Origin: Priapulus caudatus
Lineage: Eukaryota
Assembly: GCF_000485595.1 (NCBI RefSeq)
Contig: NW_014577075.1
Location: 767,559-820,365, forward strand
Reading direction: 5' to 3'
DNA: 52,807 nt
Positions 1 through 24,015 of this stretch are shown here, piece by piece; the first letter of the stretch is position 1; each line of letters starts with the position of its first letter. A program made the translations under genes and the position numbers. The notes below the pieces were generated by a model. It had not been told where the DNA came from and did no database searches. It was given only the letters and a program-made list of their open reading frames with translations.

Positions 1-141
1 CGACTTACTATATGTAGCTGTTACATCATAGTTTATACCTGACTACCGACTTACTATATGTAGCTGTCACACCATAGCTTATAACCTACCAGCAGTTGTC
101 GTCTACGGCTCAAGGCTTCGATTTTATGGCTAATATTTCAG

Positions 142-9678
<9,537 letters not shown>

Positions 9679-9719
9679 CTATTGTCGAATACACACAGTA
9701 TCCTTCATGCACCAACACA

Positions 9720-9831
9720 AACACGCACGCACGCGTGTCTATATTGACGCATGCACGCACGCCCAGACGCACTCGCCACATCGCCTACCCACAAACGCGC
9801 GCACACGCACACGCCCACGCACGCGCACGCA

Positions 9832-9888
<57 letters not shown>
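9720..9888. repeat. (CA/CACG)n microsatellite just 3' of the PKG stop
   Basis: Read directly from the sequence. Confidence 0.85.
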
Positions 9889-9889
<1 letters not shown>

Positions 9890-11869
9890 AGGGCCTATTG
9901 AGTGCGTTTATGCGTTCAGGCGAAGAGTCACCAGTACAGATTAGCTTGATTCACAAACGTGCACTTTTTACCCCAAGAGCCCGGCGTGCGCATGCTAGTG
10001 TCACCACCCTACCATTCACAAATAAATCTGTGTGATCGTGAACACCAGAAGAGAGGGTAAAAATCCGAACCAGTAAAATGTTTAATCTAAAGCCATGCAT
10101 TTAGCTTTTCGAGTAATCCGCGCGACCTGAGCGATTGAGTACTACTAAACGGTGTACATTGCCACTGTCTACTTGTTCTTAGATTATACGCTTAATACAG
10201 AGTGTGCAGTACTTTATCCGTACATATTAGCAATTGTATTACGATCGGCATGAAAGACATTCCATTTGCGGCGAGTTTTCTGTAACAACGAATAACTGGT
10301 TGGAATTTGGTTCACTTTTTTTCTCTTCTCATTCTTGACGAAGAAAATAGCCAACTAAGTCGCATCATTTCTCTTCTGAAAGTGGAGATTAGTTCATGGT
10401 GATTCGCCTAGGCAATCTTACACGAAAGGATATCGAATACAATCATCTAACAAGTGTAATCCGGTGAACCTACGAAGCTCTATACGTGAAATATGACAGA
10501 GCAAGTATATCACTGATGTTGGATATGACTTGTTAGGTAACATAAATCGAATTGGCGATAGTCTAGGTCCTACATATCGAAAATTTGGTTACTTGCTGTA
10601 AATCATATACGCACGTATATATTAGGGAACAGAAAATGCGCCATCCTACCTCCTTTAAATATACATGCGTGCATCAGCCCATACCGCTATTTTATCGCCC
10701 TGTATTATTCTTGTATTTGTCTTTGAGAGGAAAGAATGAATTAGTATTTTAATATATAATGTTGAACTGCTCTAGTTGTTTTGAAGTTTTTAATCGATTT
10801 CAGTTGTATATCATTATCGCTACGAGAAAATGCTTACTATTGATTTATTGAATGATGTTCGTTATTCCATCGTCGCGTGTATTGTTGAAAACGTTTCAAT
10901 GGAAATAAAAAGTATAGTAAAAGCCTATGGTTCTTCTATTAATTTCCAGGGACACATCACGATTACCTTAAATATTTACGATGAGGATGTCTTACGTATT
11001 AACGTTGTGTCAATGTTAAAGGGTGGGAGCTATGTGAATAAGCAGGGCAGATATGGGATGATAATGAAAGCATAAAAACATAATATAGTTTGCGAAATTA
11101 TAAGATAGTTGTTATAATATATGTTACACACACACGCGCGCGCGCACGCACGGACGCACGCACACACACACACAAATATATATATACAAATCACGTTAAC
11201 TAGTTTTTACGTAATATTTATATACAAATACCATTTAAATACCATCCTGTTAGTCATGCCGTTTAAATGTATCGTACATTGCTGATCGATACGGATACGG
11301 TGCCTATTATTGCTCGTGTTTTAACCTATATAATTGCACGCTATGTGGTTAACAAACCCGTTCATTGAAGCTTAACGTGTATAATTGATTATATATTTAC
11401 TAATTAATAAAACTTCTGCATGATAACTGTAGTGAGAGGCTATTCATAATGTGACATATTGTTGCAAACTATACGCCTACTAATGAACCAATTCAATCAA
11501 GAAGCACATAACCTACCAATACTGTTCCAAATTTTCCTGTAAAACATGTTTCGCACAGGTTTACTGAAAACGGTGTACGTTGCGTTCGAGAAATCAACGC
11601 ATGGGTGTTAGCTGGATTGTTTTTCGCAAGAATGTAAAAAAAACTAGGTTTACTTTATGTTAGTTCGGCCCCTAGGCAACGCGTTCACTTTGAGGCGCGT
11701 GCGATTCTGACGTCCAACGAACGCAATTATCTCCTTAATGATCTACCTCAGAAATGCTGAGTCAACAACATCTAACAAATCCCAGCTTCGCTAAACATCG
11801 TCACTTTTCGTGTTATCGTGCGCCGTAATACGCGCGTATGCTTACGGCGTTCTGCTGCACTCGATCTCC

Positions 11870-12068
11870 GCAGCCGGCTGAAAGGGGTGATAGGATATGT
11901 TTACTAGGCACTTCTAATTTTAACATATATTTTAAATTTAATTAGGGTCAGGGTTAGGGTTAGGGCACTTTTTAGGGGTTTTGCATCATTCTTTAATATA
12001 TCGTAAAATATATGTTAAAATTAGAAGTGCCTAGTAAACATATCCTATCACCCCTTTCAGCCGGCTGC
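11870..12068. mobile_element. Foldback MITE with TTAGGG core and 9-bp TSD (Mutator-like)
   Basis: ~65-bp perfect arms starting gcagccggctgaaaggggtgataggatatgtttactaggcac; core ttagggtcagggttagggttaggg; TSD tcgatctcc at 11861-11869 and 12069-12077. Confidence 0.85.
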
Positions 12069-14251
12069 TCGATCTCCTGCTCCTCCGCCCTCTACCGCTC
12101 GTAGATGCAACCATGCATATGAAAGCTCGCGACGCTTCGATCGATAGATACGAGCGATGCGGATCGTTCTCACGCGCAGATATCGCGGCTGGCGGCAGGC
12201 TGTCTCGCCTGCGCGCGCGGGGCATTCCCACGCGGGTGAATAATGGAGCCGTATTGATTTGCGGGTAACACCTGTGCGGTGCTACCAAGACGCGTGCAGT
12301 CGCGCGCGGGTTCGGCCACCGCGCTTTTAATGACCGGTTACGACGGGTGTTCCTGATTAGGCAAAATTCCATCGCCGTTGCACCGCGCAACCGACCGACG
12401 GCCCGTGCACCTGCCCCGACACCTGTCCCGGCGCATTCACTTCTGGGACATTCCGATCGTCTCCGTAACTGCGGCGGACGGCGAGAAAAAATGCGGCTTT
12501 AAGCGACGCCGCCGTGCCTCGCCTCACGCTGCTGCGTCACGGGCGCGTCGTCGGCGTGGCTGCGTCGCGTCGCGTACGCGGTGTATGTCGTCGCGATGAC
12601 GCTCTGCGACGCACGCCGACGCGGGAAGCCGCGCGAGTGACGGCCGTACGACGCCGCTAGCGTGCCAAAGAGTTAGCAGGTGGTGCGCGGCGCCCGACCT
12701 CCGCCGCGGATGAAGTCTGGCACGGATTCCCGCACCTCGTTAGTCCGCCATCAATCTCACGATGATGCGAACAGTGTTTACCGCGTGAGGGGCTGCCTGT
12801 TCCCACGAGCCGCGCGCACGGCGCAAGCTGCATTATCATTGGTCAGGCCTTGGTCTATATCGAACTGACCTCACGCGCCATCGGATGTCGTCATCAATCG
12901 TGTGTTTGTGACGTCGCCGTTAAAACGTCGCGTGCACATATGTCACGCCGTGTATGACAAACGCTGCGTTTATATATCACGTCGTGTAGTAAGAACGCAG
13001 AATACACACGTCGCGTCGAATTTAAAAATCTCGATTTCGACTCATTTTCTTCAAGCATATCAGTCTGTGCAACAGCCTACATTGGTCACGCCTTCTCCCG
13101 CTCTGCTATTTCGAGGTGATTATAGAACTGAAATAATCATATACGAAAGTTGCTGTTTCACCGCGGAAAACAGCTCACGTGCGAATTGCGATCTTGACAT
13201 TTTTTTTCAACGTCAAATGAAGCGCGAAACATTGATTTAAATGAAGAGTGTCTAGCATAGGCCTGTGACTGAACTACAGGTTTCATATAGTCAGTATGTA
13301 TATAGACTTGGCTTATATGAGGTCTTTGACTTCCCGCGTCCTCAATACATCGAGGTATAGCGTTAAATCAATCTCGTGGCAAAAGCTGGATTAGTGGAGA
13401 AAAACATTGGGACACATTTCAATAAAAGCTGGATTTATGTTTCTCTTTTTATTATATATTTAAGGGGCGCTAATAAAAGAGGAAATTCCATCACAGCACG
13501 CACGTAAACCATTTGATGTGCTTACGCGGCAGCACTAGTCGATAATGTGCCTACAAAACTCTCTCATAAAAGTACAACTAATTCTAAATACGATTATTCT
13601 CGTGTTATCATTTAAATATGTTCCTCTTCATGTGGAGCAGGTCGTCATTAGTGTTTATTAGTTATCTATTGATCAAATTTGAGAATTCTGATAGTTTTTA
13701 CTTGATCACGCTTATATCACCAGTTCTGATGATTTCATGATTCATGATTTCAACATGCTCGAACTGTAACCATCTCTAAGCAGACGAATATTCATCGCGT
13801 GAAATCTAAAGACACGAGAAATGTCATTTAAAGTGCGAGAATTCTTGTTGATATTAATTCAATACACTTCAAGCATGAGATTTATTGCAGATTACAAGAT
13901 CGAGCGTTTAGCGATGAACTAGTTCTCATCGCCTCGAGCGCTGAGAAAATAGCGGTGTGGCACGCAAGCTCAAATACACGTGTCTTATCGGCAAAGCCGC
14001 TATCTTGCGTGTTTTATTAGATCGCAATGACTGCGTAAGGCACTCTATTGTGCTGAGAAACCTGTAAATGAGTAAATCTAGTAAATACTGGCTCCTGGAT
14101 GACCATCCATCGTTACAACACTCACGTCTCTGTTTTCTCTGTATATGCTTTTATTACTAAGCCATTCTTTCATTTTCACTGACTGCCTGTCCGTTCGTCC
14201 ATCTGTCCGTCTGTCCATCCTCCCGTCCGCGCATCTGTTTGTCTGTCTGCA

Positions 14252-15156
<905 letters not shown>

Positions 15157-16394
15157 ATGATCCAAGTGCATGACCTGAGATACAATAGTTGCAACTGCCT
15201 AGTAGTTTTCTGGTATCTTATCAAATCGAATACAGCTATACTACATTTGATCACAATAATTATTTGCAATAATTCCTTATTCTTGGCTAATTCGATAAAC
15301 GAACGAATCTGAACTCTTTCTTATACACTTCCACGGGCTATATATACTTACACGACGACCAGACCCAAAGTACTGTACGCTCCACACGAGTATCGACACA
15401 CGTCCCTTTTGGCTAACATCTCGCTCTGTCGGATTGATGGCCGATGATTGAACGCGGATTGATAAAAATTTGCACGGACCAGCTTATGTGTTTGTTTGGC
15501 AAACGAACGTGTGAAGAGGGGGCGAGTGGGCGTTGTTCGTGAGGCGCTCTGTTCATCAAGGCCCGTTTCTCGCTCCGTAACAACCTCTTTCATCGAGCTC
15601 CTCGACAGCATGCATCAATGTAGCACTCGCCAGCTGCGAGCCAGCTCATTGTTGCGCTCACAAAACATTTTTCCTGCCTCCCCATCGCACCTGTGTAACT
15701 CTGAGTGGGGTTTGCATAGCCGGGGCCTGGGCCAACCGTGGCAAACTGGGATGGTGGTGACGGCACGCTATGTGCTCAGCATGTACATGTAGGACGATGA
15801 CGACCGCGGGAACAGCGCTAGTCCGAGCGATTGCACGAGTGACATGACTACTGGCGGGTTACATAAAACACCGGGCCGGATTAACACGGATCAGAACCGG
15901 AACGGACCGAAATAAAGCGTTGAAACCTTGACTTTAGGTTTAATTCAACTCTATAATTTTTTAAATGTAAATGTTATGTTAGCTCAGAGTAGGAGGCCTA
16001 TGTGCCTGACAGGTGTTGTTTTACCTCATCAGTGTAAGCTGTGTAGTGAAGTAGTCGGTTTTTAAAATATATTAGAAAGATTGCGTTTATTTTATTTTGT
16101 TAATTTAAAAGTTAATTTAATTTGTAATTTTTGAAAATTTACTTACATATTTAAGTGTAATGTATTTTTATGATATGTGCATGAGTAATATAAAATGTAA
16201 ATGCTATGAATGTCAAATTAATTTGCTTCAAACTACTAACGGAATTACACTCGAACCTACCTAGGAAATATTCTAGAGATCTCATGACTGATGTAACTCT
16301 ATCCAATTATAAATTGTACTGGGCCCGAATCGCATTGTCACTCTGGCAACAAACCGTGACTCGATTCGCATAAATCTGTTAGCTGGTATATATA

Positions 16395-16557
<163 letters not shown>

Positions 16558-18416
16558 GATGCGCGCATGGAACTCTGACATTAGTATATAGCTTACTGAC
16601 ATATTATATAGCGCAATAAACTTGCTCCAACGGGCGCGAGAAGTATAAGAGAACAGTGTTGTCAATGTGACACGTAACTGTCTTATGTGGATGTCACTCA
16701 ACAAAAACTATATAGACGCGAGGTTTAAAGAGAAAATGTTGTATAAGAGCGGATGCAATTGTTGAAAGGCGTAAAATCTTTATATATCAATATATTCCTA
16801 TTAGCTTAAGTTTCTATGTAATATAATGCTAGGAAATTTTTCTAGAATGGAGAATGGTAATAAACAACGAGCAATTAATAATAATAAATACATTTATATT
16901 ATTGTAATTGTAGGTATTGGCCACAACAAGTTCTAGCATTGCTGAATTCCTGTTCTGCTTTGTGAAAAAGGTTGTTGCCAGTGGTCACGATCTTCGGATA
17001 CCACCGTTGTGTTGATGTTGACTTGGGTTTGTCCCTACAGCTGACCGGAGCGGCCTTCAATCAGAAAGAGAGAGGGGTAGAAGAGAGGGCGGGGAAGGCA
17101 GAAAGGGAGACCGCGAGATCGCGAGATGGATCCACTGGACGTGATCCAGTCAACTTCAGCGGAGAATCTTGCCGGATACTTTCACCATCTCTAAATATTA
17201 TTATAATATGCACCCAATAACAATATAATTCAATGGCATATTTCACATGTGCGACCCACGCATATTTTGAAGAAACGTTCCACGTGATCAACAAATATCC
17301 AACTGTCCTGTGGTTTCTGTAAATAAAATAAAGCCATAGGCTAGCGACTCGATCGTCATGGGTGGTAGCCGGGATTACATTTTTAACTTTTACAATTAGT
17401 TATCGCTTTACGTACATCTGCGACAATGCTCCGACGACTCACACAACAGCCGCATAGCATCTAGATAGTCCACATAATAATATAGTTCTGAAATCTCGTT
17501 GGATACACGCGAGTAAAGATGTCGAATCATCTCAATTACTGCTTGTCTAACGCACGAACACCGGCAAAAAACTGTTGGTAAACATCTTCGATCAAGTTAC
17601 TCGCATTCTCATGTACGCCTCGCGCGATGATTATGGATGCAACCGACGCCCCTATAACTCAAAGATTGAGATCCACCGAAAAATCAGTAACGCGCATCAA
17701 AACTGCGTAAGTCATTCGTTTTTGCTGCCTAGCTGCGTACGTGTGACGAAGAAGTTTGGCGTGCATTGAGTTAGAACGCGTTCTAATGCGTGATATACTG
17801 ACCATGACCAGTAGCAATATGCACGAACATCCCTTACTACTCACATCATATGAACGCGTAACTATAGGCGCGGAAACAGTTCGATGATGCTGTACCCTAC
17901 AGTAAACCCTCTCTCTATACATCTCTCTTGGAACACGATATACCAACAACGATGTACCCTTTATGCTCTTCTTCTCACGCGTTGACGAGGCAATACTTTT
18001 CCAAGGCTTTTTGCTAATTGACCAACAAAGCAGCGCATAGTCGCACTAAATTGAAGTGCGAAGATACTCGGATCAGGCACTGCAGCACAATCAGCGAACA
18101 CACTTCTTTCGCACCAAACCCTCGTCGCTCTCCGCGATTGGTCGAGTCGGCGACTCGCAGCCGACGTTGATTGGTGCGTGCATGGCAACATCGGTGTAAG
18201 TAGGCACGCATTACGAGCCGGTGTAAACGAGCCTTTTCAGTCGACACAATATCATTTGTCTCCAGCGCGCGAGTCGTCACGGTAACATACTGTGACTCGA
18301 GGTAGGTGGGGGACCGACAGACGAAGCTGTGGAGGCGTACGAACGATACGTAGTGCGAAGTGTGTGCGACAGATTCGGACGCCAATCGGACATATTTTCG
18401 GATATCTCTCGAAGCC

Positions 18417-18702
18417 ATGGCCAAGCATCGTCTGCTAGCCGTCGGCGCTCTGCTCGTGTTCACCTGCGGCGTCGCTCTCGCTCGGCCGACGATCGAGAAC
18501 GAGTCGATCATCAAGGCGCAGGCTGTGGATAAACTGATGCGGATATTCGGCATGCAGGGCAAGGGAAGACCGGTGGCCGACGACACGCGCGACGCCCCGC
18601 AGTACATGCTCGACCTGTATCGCACCGTCGTCGGCGACGCTGGTGTTATGACGACGGCCAACCCGTTCGACGCCAACGTAGTACGCAGCTTCACGGCTCA
18701 AG
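18417..18702 (+). CDS. Admp: Admp exon 1 (signal peptide and prodomain)
   Basis: MAKHRLLAVGALLVFTCGVALARP...PQYMLDLYR...NPFDANVVRSFTAQ|gtaaaa. Confidence 0.9.
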
Positions 18703-19357
18703 GTAAAAACCGAAACGAACCCAATTAGCGTGTAACGCAGCCGATGATTCTCGCTTCACTTAGTTAAGATATCACGTTGGTAAGAGGCGAAGTTGGTGCT
18801 GGCGTCTGATAGATTAACTTTGCTGCTGGCTAATCCCTCTGCATTTCCATGAAAAATAATATGCAAATGTTTTGCCGAATTTGATACAATAATGTGCTGA
18901 CACATCACTGCGAACATGAAACTGATAAGTGCGCACGTACGTTCCTACATTCCTTCGCATGCAGCTAAACTGTATTCCAAAAGGATTTCGATGGTATAAT
19001 ATTAGCGATTACAACGTTAAAAAAGGAATTGCCGAAATGTTTATGGCGCTATTTCCGACTGCATGCGAAATGTTAAGTCTCTCTCGCGATTGATCACGGT
19101 GATTAAATCGACGTTTTCGATATGACTGAAAGATTATTTTTGGATATTGCGGGTGGATCGTTGCAGCGATCCTCTAACGCCGTGTACACTTATCTGATTT
19201 ATTAGTAATCTGCAAACAAATCTTATATAGATCGTGAAAAAGCTATTCATGATGGATAGCAGGTAGTTTTTTTGTTGGGCTTGTTAAGTGCAGCGAGTCA
19301 AATCCAGACGCAATCGCATTTACTTTTAGGATATTAAAGACATGCGTGTTATTCACG

Positions 19358-19392
<35 letters not shown>

Positions 19393-19437
19393 CCCCCTCT
19401 CTCTCTCTCTCTCTCTGCCTCTCTCTCTCTCTCTCTC

Positions 19438-19501
<64 letters not shown>

Positions 19502-19687
19502 CTCTCTCTCTGCCTCTCTCTCGTGCCTCTCTCTCGCTCTTCGCTCTCTCTCTTCTCCTTTCTCTCTCGCTCTCTCTCTCTCTCTCTCGTCTCTCTCTCC
19601 CCCCCTTCTCTCGCCTCCCCTCTCTCTCTCTCATCTCTCTCTGCCTCTCTCTCGCTTCTCTCTCTCATCCCCTCTCTCTTTCTCTCG

Positions 19688-19735
<48 letters not shown>

Positions 19736-22700
19736 TCGCTTTCTCTCGCTCTCTCTCTCTTCTTTCTCTCGCTCGCTCTTTCTATCTATCTATCTGCTCT
19801 GTCGCGGCATCTCTCTGTATCTCTATATTCACATTATCCCTCCCACTCGCGCGCACTCTCTTCTCTCTCTCTCTTCTTTCCTGCCCTCTCGCTTCATTTT
19901 CTCCTTCTTTCTGCGGGCGTTCGCGCGTGCGTGTATGCCTTATGCGTGCTACGCGTGTATGTTTTCATATCACTGTGCTCGCACGGCTGAAACACTAGCT
20001 GCTTTCTCAGCGTACACCTTATGCGAGTGGAAGAGGAGGCAAAACTCTGGAGAGGGTGTGTGTGTATGTGTGTGTGTGTCGTGTGCTGAGCTCCCCCACG
20101 TCGTATCATTCAGCAAGCGGCGATAAGACGCGAACGCCTCGGACGCGCTCACAAATGCCGATGTGTGCGGCGAGCGCGTGGACAGCTGCGAGAAGTGGTT
20201 GGTGAAAGAATCACGCGTAACAATCTGCTAATCTATTCAAATGCGCACGCTGTGTAAAACAGCACCTTGTGACGGTGGCAAGGCGCGGCCGATGCGTGCG
20301 CCCGACCCAGCCTCGTCAACCACATCGACGAATATTACGTGCTCGCGCCTCGAAACAGCTCGGCATGACGGCGTTTCGCCGTTTGTTTAGAGCGTGGCTG
20401 CGCCGTTGCGGCGCATCTGCGCGCGAACTAGGGATAGCCTTAATTACTGACCTCTTCTCTTACGGCGCGGTGCAAGGTCTTTTGTCACGCGCGTAGCTTT
20501 TGTAGCGGCGCCGAAAGCGCCGTTCGACGCGGAATGCAACGCTACGCCACCACCGCGAGCGAGAGTCGACACGGAAATGCTTTATGCTCGTTTCCGTCAC
20601 TTGAATCGAAGAGTGTTGGACGCCGCCGACGTGTCGCTTGAAATTAATCGGGCAGAGAGTAATTGTGAATGTTAGTAGTAGCAGGGGGAGAGAGCAATGT
20701 ATTCGCGCCACAAGCGCTCTTAATACCAACAGCCGCGGTGCTTAATATAGGTGGAAGATGGACTCCCGCTCTGCACTCGGTTTGCATCGGGTGGCCAACA
20801 GAAACGCACACGGTATAGAGGACCTAACAGTGGACGTTTGTGGCCTCACACTCTCGCCACGTTGCGTCACAATCACGCGAGTGAGATCACAGCGATGGCC
20901 GCGGGCGTCACACTGATGCGAGTGACGTCAGCAGGCACTTCGGACGTCTCATAAAAAAAGGTAAATAAACATACGAAGATGCAGTTTACTACCAAGTCTA
21001 ATGTTTCTTTACTTTGGTTTCGCCCATAATCACTGTAAATGCCGTCCAAATGCTCATCTGCAACACACGCTGGCTGTCGCACGCTAGCTGCTGCACACAG
21101 ACACATAAATAATAGGTGAAAGAGAGTAGAGAAACATTAAGACTTTGGTAGTAAATAGATTTCGTATTTATTTAGCATTATATTTTATTGAAACGCTCCA
21201 AGTGCCTGTGAGTGACATCACACTGATTCGGGTGATCTGGCACTGCAGCAACGCGTGCCCACTCCGACGACAATACGTTGTTAGTAATCGTGATTGTGTT
21301 TCGCTTGCAGGTCGTGCAGATACGCTGCATTACGTCTTCAACACGACCAGCGTCGTGCCCGCAGAAAACGTGCTCGGAGCCGAGCTGCATCTGTTCAAGC
21401 TGAAGCCGAAGCGCGAGTATCGGCAGCGCATAAGACCTGGAGATCACATCGTCGAGGTAAGCATTCGCTGTTTTCATCTTCCGCCGTCGCCATCTCTTCC
21501 CGCCGTCGCTCATGCCCCGCGCCCTGTCACCAATCGCATGGCTTCACTCCTCGGCGGCCTCCAACCACTCACATCACTAAGTTAGGTTAGCTCCCACACC
21601 CAGCACGACACCTCTCAGTGAACCTCGCGATTCCTTCCAGTGTCAACCCGATTGTGAAGTCCCTAAAACGCAGCGTGAACGGCCGTAGTAACTGCAAACA
21701 ACCTCTCGTGCGACGACCTCGCTACCTTCGCTGTCGTTCTGCCACAACTTCACCTATCACGCACCGTTAAACCCTCAGTAGACAGTTTCCCTCTGGTTAA
21801 CGCTGCTAACTCGCGTACGCGTGCTCAACCCCTCTCACACGGCAGTAACTCAAAACCAGTCACTACACGCGGTTTAAATGCCCCGAAGGTTTCGTCACTT
21901 ACATATTCGCTGTGGACAGTGCAGCACTATATAGCGCATCGAGTAGACTTCCGCTTCAGTGCAGGCGCCATAACAAAATCTAAACGGATCTGTAATTTCT
22001 AACTTTCTATTCTGCTGTGAGCGCAAATTACCAGAGACGCCTAGTTTCAAGTATGATCGTTTCACTAAATCGATCATTATAGTATGATAGTATATATCAT
22101 TATAGTATATCATTATCGATCATTATCTAAATCGATTATTATTAGTGAAAGCGAACTTCATCCGAAACGATTACGTTTCACGTATAATCATTGTTCACTA
22201 TTTCCTCATCATTAATAATTGACATGGTTAATCATTTCATGACTGCGAAACGGGTAATCATGGTTAATCATTTCATGACTGCGAAACGGCTTCAGTGATT
22301 TCACCGCAAATTACGTTGAACGATGTAAAAACCGCACTAGCCGCATATAAGCACGTGCGCACGAAACAGCAATCAATTTTGAGAAACAAGTGGGAAGCGG
22401 TGCAGGTGCGAGTGATCTTTTGCTGGTTGCAGATACGCGTCTTTCAAGTTAGGACGGACAGCAATAGATTGCTGGAGGCAAGACGAACCAGCTTGTACTC
22501 CGTCGGTTGGGAGGTGTTTCACGTCACCGAGGTTGTCAAGGAGTGGCAGCAAGACGGCCAGTCAAATCAAGGTAAGTGTCACCTTTACAACGCCTATGCC
22601 GCAGCAGCTGCGATCGTCTGCTCATTATAGAACGCAGCGCCATCTATAATCCCCTCGTGATAATAATAGCTGTGGGCGCTGTTATGTCTCTCGCTCCTCA

Positions 22701-24015
22701 TGCGGATATCTTCGCGTTTCTTCGTAAGTTCAGATAGCAGGAAAAAATCGCCTCCCTGAAATGTAATCGAACTCAAAAATAGTGCATCGATTTACAGTGT
22801 TTTTTCTCGGTTGTAGGTATCGTCATCGAAATCGTATCACTTAGTGGTGACGTTCTACCGTCGACGCTACTCCGGTTTGCGAAGAGAAGGGAGCACAATA
22901 AGGCAAGGCAGCCTCTGCTTGTCGTGTTCACCGACGACGGGAGGCCAAGAGCGACAAAACGCGTTCTCGGTACGTACATGTTTGTTGCTAGCTACTGAAC
23001 GCCAAGTACAGCCGCGTTTAGTGGCGTTAAGATCTTTATTGAAGTAATGCCATTCGCGCTGTCTGCGTAGCCTGTGCACCTTGCTTGCTTGCTTGAACGT
23101 GCTGCGACGACGCTCACCCATTTAACACACATACATTCCCACAAACGCTCAACGTGTGATGTAACCCACCTTCTTCAGCTTCGCCTCCAACTACAGTCTT
23201 CCAGTCAGGCCAACCTCCACATTCTACCCCTAATTACACAGCATGCCCTTCTTCTACGCCATTTCTCTGAACAAAATTAACACTCGATATCCTACCCCCG
23301 ATAACAATAACGATAACAATCCATGCGTGAACACGTAACCACTATTACTTAAACTTCTACCCCTCCGGACTACCACGAAATCTATAGCCCTAAACACCAT
23401 TACACCCAGCAGCCTGTACAGAATTTTATTGGCGACGAATAATTCTTTCACGACCAATCCTACATGCTCCATTACTGCCCACAGCACCCCCATGGACGTT
23501 AACAACGCACCGCCCCTACTCCACCTTTGCCATGATCGTCATCTTCAGCCGATGCTGACGCATTCGCGTTTGTTCTTCCTGCAGCGAACGCGAGCAATGA
23601 CATTTTTCATCCGAACGCCCTGATGACGAGTAGGGACAAGCGTAACTCGGAGCCAGTCGACTACGCGCCACTCAAGAGCCAACACGAGGCAGACGACAGT
23701 CCGTGCGCGCTGCGCCCTCTATACGTCGACTTCGAAAAGATCGGCTGGTCTTCGTGGATAATTTCGCCGAAGGGTTACCACGCGTATCACTGTAAGGGTC
23801 AGTGTCCCTTCCCTTTAGGAGAGACCGGTAACCCAACAAATCACGCAACGGTGCAGAGCATCGTCAGTGCGCTGGGACTGCACGATGGCGTCAGCGCCCC
23901 CTGTTGCGTACCCGACAAATTACATCCGATAGGATTACTTTATTTCGACGAGGATGAGAACGTAGTGCTGAAGCAGTACGAGGACATGGTGGCATCAAGC
24001 TGCGGCTGCCACTGA
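18417..24015 (+). CDS. Admp: Anti-dorsalizing morphogenetic protein (ADMP), BMP/TGF-beta family ligand, complete 384-aa prepro-protein
   Basis: 5 exons: 18417-18702, 21311-21456, 22433-22571, 22817-22969, 23585-24015 (1155 nt, phases consistent). Kozak-like gccATGg, hydrophobic signal peptide, prodomain PQYMLDLY / ANVVRSF / AELHLF / GWEVF / QPLLVVF, furin site RDKR. The 7-Cys mature domain has ADMP-type stretches WIISPKGY, CKGQCPFPLG, PTNHATVQSI, CCVPDKL, LLYFDEDENVVLKQY, CGCH*. Confidence 0.93.
19359..19910. repeat. Imperfect (CT)n tract in Admp intron 1
   Basis: Read directly from the sequence; irregular, error-like interruptions. Confidence 0.9.
20929..21210. mobile_element. Second copy of the hAT-like MITE family (shorter, left half noisy)
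   Basis: 21110-21210 is nearly identical to 2878-2978; TSD-like agtgacgt (20921-20928) and agtgacat (21211-21218). Confidence 0.75.
21311..21456 (+). CDS. Admp: Admp exon 2
   Basis: ttgcag|(G)RADTLHYVFNTTSVVPAENVLGAELHLFKLKP...HIVE|gtaagc. Confidence 0.9.
22433..22571 (+). CDS. Admp: Admp exon 3
   Basis: ttgcag|IRVFQVRTDSNRLLEARRTSLYSVGWEVFHVTEVVKEWQQDGQSNQ|gtaagt. Confidence 0.9.
22817..22969 (+). CDS. Admp: Admp exon 4
   Basis: ttgtag|(G)IVIEIVSLSGDVLPSTLLRFAKRREHNKARQPLLVVFTDDGRPRATKRVL|gtacgt. Confidence 0.88.
23585..24015 (+). CDS. Admp: Admp exon 5 (furin site and mature TGF-beta domain)
   Basis: ctgcag|(A)NASNDIFHPNALMTSRDKR/NSEP...CALRPLYVDFEKIGWSSWIISPKGY...SCGCH*. Confidence 0.95.

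Noticed and set aside
1..90. 47-bp tandem duplication at the window start (similarly 22223-22289)
   Set aside because: Ordinary short intronic duplications with no sign of function.
12080..12960. CpG-rich island with a VRGCLF peptide reminiscent of MULE transposases
   Set aside because: No sustained reading frame and no other motifs I can place; it cannot be assigned by eye.
16971..17045. Possible Pinhead remnant (CC in one frame, VDVDLG in another)
   Set aside because: The motifs lie in different frames, a stop follows, and no further Cys-rich exons are visible; too weak without a profile search.
18014..18694. 226-aa minus-strand ORF
   Set aside because: It is the antisense shadow of GC-rich Admp exon 1 and has no recognisable domain.
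19342..19998. Ser/Leu-rich and Arg/Glu-rich ORFs (also 35595-36506)
   Set aside because: These are translations of intronic (CT)n/(GT)n tracts.
23623..24015. Calling the ligand dpp/BMP2-4
   Set aside because: It lacks the WIVAPPGY and CCVPTELS patterns of BMP2/4; WIISPKGY, PTNHATVQ, CCVPDKL and CGCH fit ADMP.
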